Shown here piece by piece: positions 59,589 to 64,000 of a stretch of 64,000 nt of DNA. The first letter of the stretch is position 1; each line of letters opens with the position of its first letter. This stretch comes from Nostoc indistinguendum CM1-VF10. GTDB lineage: Bacteria; Cyanobacteriota; Cyanobacteriia; Cyanobacteriales; Nostocaceae. The notes below the pieces were generated by a model, which searched no databases, was not told the DNA's origin, and worked only from the letters and a program-made list of their open reading frames with translations. Location of the stretch: positions 5,482 through 69,481 of the forward strand of contig JAHHHS010000028.1 in NCBI GenBank assembly GCA_019359215.1. The letters run 5' to 3'. The translations under genes and the position numbers were made by a program.

Positions 59589-61118
59589 ATGACAGAAGCG
59601 ACTCTTCCAGCTTTAATTGAGCAAATGTTGCAGCCTGGATTTTATCCCCATTCGGTAACAGAACCTATTCAATTAATTCAAACCCACATTTCTTATGTGC
59701 TGCTGACTGGGGATTACGTCTATAAGGTGAAAAAACCGATGAATTTTGGTTTTTTGGACTTTTCTACTTTAGAGAAGCGGCAGCATTTTTGTCAGGAAGA
59801 GTTACGGTTAAATCAGAGGGGTGCTGGTGAACTATATTTAGAAGTTTTGCCCATAACTCTGATAGGTGAGCAATACCAACTAGGGGGAACGGTCGAGCCT
59901 GTAGAATATGTGCTGAAGATGCGGCAGTTTCCTCAAGAGGCTCTACTAAGCACACTTTTTGAACAGGGTAAGTTAAATGAGGCACGCCTAGATGAGTTGG
60001 GACGGGTGGTGGCTCAATACCATGCCGAAGCACAGACGAATGATTACATTCGCAGTTTTGGTGAAGTGCCAAAAGTCCGGGCTGCCTTTGACGAGAATTA
60101 TCAGCAAACTGAGAAGTATATTGGTGGCCCCCAGACTGAGGCGCAATTTGCAGAAACAAAGCAATATACAGATAACTTTTTCGTCGAACGTCCAGAATTA
60201 TTTGCTAGCAGAATTCAAAATAACTATATTCGTGAATGTCACGGGGATTTACATTTAAGAAATATTGCTTTGTGGCACGACAAAATCTTGCTATTCGATT
60301 GCATTGAGTTTAATGAGCCGTTTCGCTTTGTCGATGTGATGTACGATGTGGCATTCACGGTGATGGATTTGGAAGCGCGGCAACGCAAAGACTTAGGTAA
60401 TGCTTTTTTAAATGCCTACATAGAGCAAACTGGAGACTGGGAAGGCTTGCAGGTGCTACCTTTGTATTTAAGTCGTCAGGCTTATGTTCGGGCAAAGGTA
60501 ACTTCATTTTTGCTAGATGATCCGAGTGTACCCGCGACGGTAAAGGAAGAAGCGACAAAAACCGGCGCTGAATATTACAAACAAGCTTGGGACTACACTA
60601 AACCAAAGCTGGGACAACTAATTTTGATGTCGGGGTTGTCGGGTTCTGGTAAAAGTACTACAGCCAGGTATTTAGCCCGTCAACAGGGAGCGATTCACCT
60701 GCGTTCTGATGCGGTGCGGAAACATTTAGGGGGAATTCCTCTGTCGGAAAAAGGTGGCGATGATTTGTATACACCTGAGATGACCGAAAAAACCTACACA
60801 CGGCTGTTGGAATTGGGAATTATCCTAGCTAAACAAGGTTTTTCAGTGATTTTGGATGCCAAGTATGATCGGCAGCAGTTGCGGCAAGAAGCGATCGCTC
60901 AAGCTACGAAGTATCAACTTCCTCTTCAGATTATCCAATGCACAGCACCACTAGAGGTTCTAAAAGAGCGCTTGAACAACCGCACTGGTGATATCGCTGA
61001 TGCTACGGCCGATTTATTAGACTCACAACTCAAACAAGCTGAACCTTTCACTGAAGAAGAACAATCCTATGTAAAGATTTTGGATACAACTCAACCACAG
61101 CAGGCACAATTAAAATAA
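59589..61118 (+). CDS. Bifunctional aminoglycoside-phosphotransferase-like / P-loop (AAA_33-type) kinase protein
   Basis: 509 aa. N-terminal APH-like fold (HGDLHLRN, DCIEF). C-terminal Walker A GLSGSGKST. Confidence 0.75.
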   Translation: MTEATLPALIEQMLQPGFYPHSVTEPIQLIQTHISYVLLTGDYVYKVKKPMNFGFLDFSTLEKRQHFCQEELRLNQRGAGELYLEVLPITLIGEQYQLGGTVEPVEYVLKMRQFPQEALLSTLFEQGKLNEARLDELGRVVAQYHAEAQTNDYIRSFGEVPKVRAAFDENYQQTEKYIGGPQTEAQFAETKQYTDNFFVERPELFASRIQNNYIRECHGDLHLRNIALWHDKILLFDCIEFNEPFRFVDVMYDVAFTVMDLEARQRKDLGNAFLNAYIEQTGDWEGLQVLPLYLSRQAYVRAKVTSFLLDDPSVPATVKEEATKTGAEYYKQAWDYTKPKLGQLILMSGLSGSGKSTTARYLARQQGAIHLRSDAVRKHLGGIPLSEKGGDDLYTPEMTEKTYTRLLELGIILAKQGFSVILDAKYDRQQLRQEAIAQATKYQLPLQIIQCTAPLEVLKERLNNRTGDIADATADLLDSQLKQAEPFTEEEQSYVKILDTTQPQQAQLK

Positions 61119-61291
61119 TTCGTAATTCGTAATTTGTAATTCGTAATTGAACCGAAAATTACCAATTACGTTAGCGTAGCGTAAAGCCTTCTCTACGAGA
61201 CGCTACCGCGTAGCTTGCTTCTCCGTAGGAGTACGGTTAGAGCGAGTTATCGAGTGTCATTAGTAATTAGTTAATAGCCTTTTTTTACTTT

Positions 61292-61798
61292 ATGGCAGAC
61301 AAAAAGAACGACTTTTTTAGTATTTCTCCCAGCTTCTTTTCTCAACTTTTATTTGGGGCATTTTTAATATTTATATTAATAATGACCGGCTCCGCACCAG
61401 CCCTGAGCATCTTTTTGGGTATCATGGGCGGTTTCATTTTAGACTGGATCACAAATTTAACCGAAAATAGCGCCCAGCCTCCAACTGTAGCCTCCTCTGA
61501 TGGTGTTGATACAGGACTAAAATACTGGTTATTTTTCATGCTTGGCTTTGTATATTTAGGCTATCCAGCACCCATGAGTATTCTGCTAGGCGCAATAGGC
61601 GCTTTAGCTGGAGGCTGGATTACTGCTTGGTGGGGCAGTAAGGAAGAAACTAGAACTCAGTTGCAAGTTGAAGAGTCAGAAGAGGGCGAAATTGAACCAA
61701 CGAACGACAGGATCAACAAACGGCAAACAAGAAGAACCGCCCGTCGCTACCGTCGCGGTACTGGAAGTAGTATCAATTTTAGGTTTTGGGAAAAGTAG
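61292..61798 (+). CDS. Hypothetical membrane protein
   Basis: 168 aa with four hydrophobic segments and a basic C-terminal tail (RRTARRYRRG). Confidence 0.55.
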   Translation: MADKKNDFFSISPSFFSQLLFGAFLIFILIMTGSAPALSIFLGIMGGFILDWITNLTENSAQPPTVASSDGVDTGLKYWLFFMLGFVYLGYPAPMSILLGAIGALAGGWITAWWGSKEETRTQLQVEESEEGEIEPTNDRINKRQTRRTARRYRRGTGSSINFRFWEK

Positions 61799-61901
61799 TA
61801 ATTTGGGCATTGGGAATTGGGCATGGGGCATTGAACATTAGTCAATAATCAATAGTTCTTCTTCCCCTACTCCCTCATCTCCCTATTCCCCATTCCCCAC
61901 T

Positions 61902-62693
61902 ATGTTTTTATATCTCTCCAAATTATTGCCACTATTTTTTTATCCACTAGGATTAGCCTGCGTGAGCTTGGTAGTAGCATTAGTCACCTTGTGGAAACGA
62001 CCGCGCACTGCGGCGATCGCAATTGCTTTTGCCCTAATTTTATTGCTATTTTGTAGTAATGCTTGGATTGCTAAATCATTTGTGCGATCGCTAGAATGGC
62101 AAAATCTTCCACTTGCACAAATACCAGTAGCAGAAGCGATTGTGGTTTTAGGTGGCGCAACCAAATCAGCCTTTCCCCCCAGACCTACCGTTGATTTGAG
62201 CGAATCAGGCGATCGCGTGATTTATGCCGCACAACTATATCGCCAGAAAAGAGCGCCTATAATCATTCTCAGTGGGGGCCGGATTGATTGGCGTGGTAAA
62301 GGTTCATCAGAGTCGGCAGATATGGCAACAATACTTACATCTATTGGTATTCCATCTGAGGCAATTATCCAAGAACCTGACTCTCTGAATACTTATCAAA
62401 ACGCTGTAAATGTCCGTAAAATTTTGGAATCTCGTGGCATTAGTCAGGTACTATTAGTTACCTCTGCAATGCATATGCCGCGATCGCTTCAGATTTTCCA
62501 ACGTCAAGGAATCAATGCCATTCCTGCACCCACCGACTTTTTGGTTAGTAAGGGTGAACTGCAAGAACTTGGTGGCACTCCCAAAGCCGCTATACTGAAT
62601 TTATTACCTGATACTGATAACTTGCACCAATTTACCAGCGCTTTAAAAGAGTACATTGGTTCTTTAGTTTATCGCTTACGCGGTTGGCTCTAA
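61902..62693 (+). CDS. YdcF/ElyC (DUF218) family protein
   Basis: 263 aa. Two N-terminal TM helices, then IVVLGG..LSGG..S.A.M.. and TSAMHMPRS motifs typical of DUF218. Confidence 0.8.
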   Translation: MFLYLSKLLPLFFYPLGLACVSLVVALVTLWKRPRTAAIAIAFALILLLFCSNAWIAKSFVRSLEWQNLPLAQIPVAEAIVVLGGATKSAFPPRPTVDLSESGDRVIYAAQLYRQKRAPIIILSGGRIDWRGKGSSESADMATILTSIGIPSEAIIQEPDSLNTYQNAVNVRKILESRGISQVLLVTSAMHMPRSLQIFQRQGINAIPAPTDFLVSKGELQELGGTPKAAILNLLPDTDNLHQFTSALKEYIGSLVYRLRGWL

Positions 62694-62766
62694 TAAAGTT
62701 ATGAGTTATGAGTTATTAATTATAAAGTAGAGTAATTGCCTGAATTCAAAACTTCCCATTCAGTAC

Positions 62767-62786
62767 AGACACGATTAATCGCGTCT
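62767..62786. repeat. Dispersed hairpin repeat (AGACRCGAT..ATCGCGTCT family), terminator-like after the DUF218 gene
   Basis: agacacgat-ta-atcgcgtct followed by cttcttta. Confidence 0.5.
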
Positions 62787-62802
62787 CTTCTTTATTGACA
62801 TT

Positions 62803-63024
62803 ATGTCTAAAAACTTACCTTATATTATCCCATCCTCTCCACCCCAAGTTGAGGAAGCATTTGCCGCTTACCAAACAACCCATCAGTTTTACCACGAAGT
62901 TCGGTCACGGTCAGAGTTTCAGCGTTATTGTGAATGGTATTATACTACAGCAGAACAGAACCGCCAAGAGCTTAAAAGAATGCGCGGCGAACTGAATATT
63001 TTTCAGTGGTTTCGCCGCCGATAA
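62803..63024 (+). CDS. Hypothetical small protein
   Basis: 73-aa ORF with ATG start, convergent with ftrV (5-nt gap). No family recognised. Confidence 0.5.
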   Translation: MSKNLPYIIPSSPPQVEEAFAAYQTTHQFYHEVRSRSEFQRYCEWYYTTAEQNRQELKRMRGELNIFQWFRRR

Positions 63025-63029
63025 GTGAT

Positions 63030-63251
63030 TTAGATGACTTCTAACTCATTTTCACGTAAATGGGCTTTAAACTTTTTACTAAACTGGACTACAATCGGCA
63101 AATTAGCGCTTACGGGTCTGTCTCGCCATTGGGTGGCAATACCTACTACATCGCCTTCAGTGCCTTTGATATCAAAAGGCTGATTCCGATGTTCAGGATG
63201 ATGATACACTACTACCGAATCTTTAACGCGGACGCGATCGCCAACTTTCAT
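63030..63251 (-). CDS. ftrV: Ferredoxin-thioredoxin reductase variable chain
   Basis: MKVGDRVRVKDSVVVYHHPEH..GTEGDVV..W.DRPVSANLPIVVQF..KFKAHLRENELEVI closely parallels the cyanobacterial FtrV as recalled. Start at ATG 63251. Confidence 0.85.
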   Translation of the reverse strand: MKVGDRVRVKDSVVVYHHPEHRNQPFDIKGTEGDVVGIATQWRDRPVSANLPIVVQFSKKFKAHLRENELEVI

Positions 63252-63665
63252 AACAACATTTACACCTAGCATTTGCTTTTCCCCAAGTATCTGCTACAAA
63301 ATATATGATTAAATCGCTTAAAATTTGATTTAATCAGCTATTTCTTGACGCTTCACAGGGGTGCGACAGCGCATTTAACCCTCTGCGTCCAGGCACGTTT
63401 TAGCAATCCGTGCATACTTTTTTTAGTTTTTTGCCGCGTTAATACCTATCGTCCTTACCCTCTGTATTTATCCCAAAAACAGGGAAATGAAAGGAAATCA
63501 GGCGACATCAGATGTGCTTAGTACTGTGACAAGATATCTAACCCTTTTATCTTCACTCTAGGATGTTCCCCAGGTCAACTCTCTTACCAATTTTCGTGCA
63601 TGGCAGACGCGCGTCTATGACGGGCTAAGGTCTCTATTAGACTCAACACAGAAGCGCTATGGAGT

Positions 63666-64000
63666 CTAACCAAAATTTACTTGCTTGCTTAAGAAATCTC
63701 GAAAGCTTGAATGGTAAACACTGTAGCGAATTTCTCTATCTATTTGCTGGAGTGTTAAAAACTCACGCCAATTTTCTAGAATTTCTTCAACATCATATTC
63801 ATCAGCATCGATTGTACTAGCGATCGCTGCGGCGGTCACTGAGTCAAGCCGAAGTGCAGTCTGCGCCAATTCTTCTGATGAAATTTGCACTAACACACGC
63901 AGCACAGATAATTTAAATTCCCTCTCAAGAATTGGCGCATTAGGAGGAATCATCTTGTGCAAATGCTGCTGATAATACGCTTCTAAAGCAGGGGGGAATT
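63666..64000 (-). CDS. C-terminal part of a larger protein running off the window edge
   Basis: The reading frame stays open from the stop at 63666 to position 64000 (..FPPALEAYYQQHLHKMIPPNAPILE..). No domain recognised. Confidence 0.5.
   Translation of the reverse strand, partial: FPPALEAYYQQHLHKMIPPNAPILEREFKLSVLRVLVQISSEELAQTALRLDSVTAAAIASTIDADEYDVEEILENWREFLTLQQIDREIRYSVYHSSFRDFLSKQVNFG

Noticed and set aside
63393-63432. Plus-strand hairpin GCACG..CGTGC followed by T-runs upstream of ftrV, as a terminator of an unannotated sRNA.
   Set aside because: The stem is only 5 bp with an 11-nt loop and a 4-nt gap before the T-run, and there is no supporting promoter.

Overview
The window looks like chromosome from a filamentous Nostoc/Anabaena-type cyanobacterium. 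This is inferred from abundant HIP1 (GCGATCGC), heptameric STRR tracts in most intergenic regions, several MITE/SDR-like dispersed repeat families, and marker genes (flv4-sll0218-flv2 operon, ftrV). I call about 50 protein genes. Housekeeping genes are pgk, purA, purU, recN, mutL, rplY/ctc and adenosine deaminase. There is a four-gene two-component/c-di-GMP operon, a Gld-like ABC-2 transporter cluster, and a visibly GC-richer YtfQRT-YjfF-type sugar ABC importer that is probably foreign. Other calls are a 5'-truncated GmrSD-like gene, a vapBC pair, one IS701-family IS with a frameshifted transposase, and a frameshifted CHASE3 histidine kinase. The strongest finding lies between recN and mutL: a decayed CRISPR-like array whose last, atypical repeat is followed by a spacer matching the mutL 3' end at 20/21 nt. 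A GTN-type PAM precedes the protospacer, and three 20-bp-spaced Tn7-like end repeats terminate in ACA 62 bp from the PAM. This looks like the relic end of a type V-K-like CRISPR-associated transposon homing on mutL; no cas or tns genes are in the window. Other notable items are a decayed second mutL copy, a slippage-prone heptamer tract inside mutL, a structured leader plus terminator upstream of adenosine deaminase, a GHL10 glycosidase fused to a pepsin-like two-DTG domain, and a pentapeptide lipoprotein gene with an in-frame TGA. All similarity statements come from reading the sequence and from memory of protein families. No database search was run.
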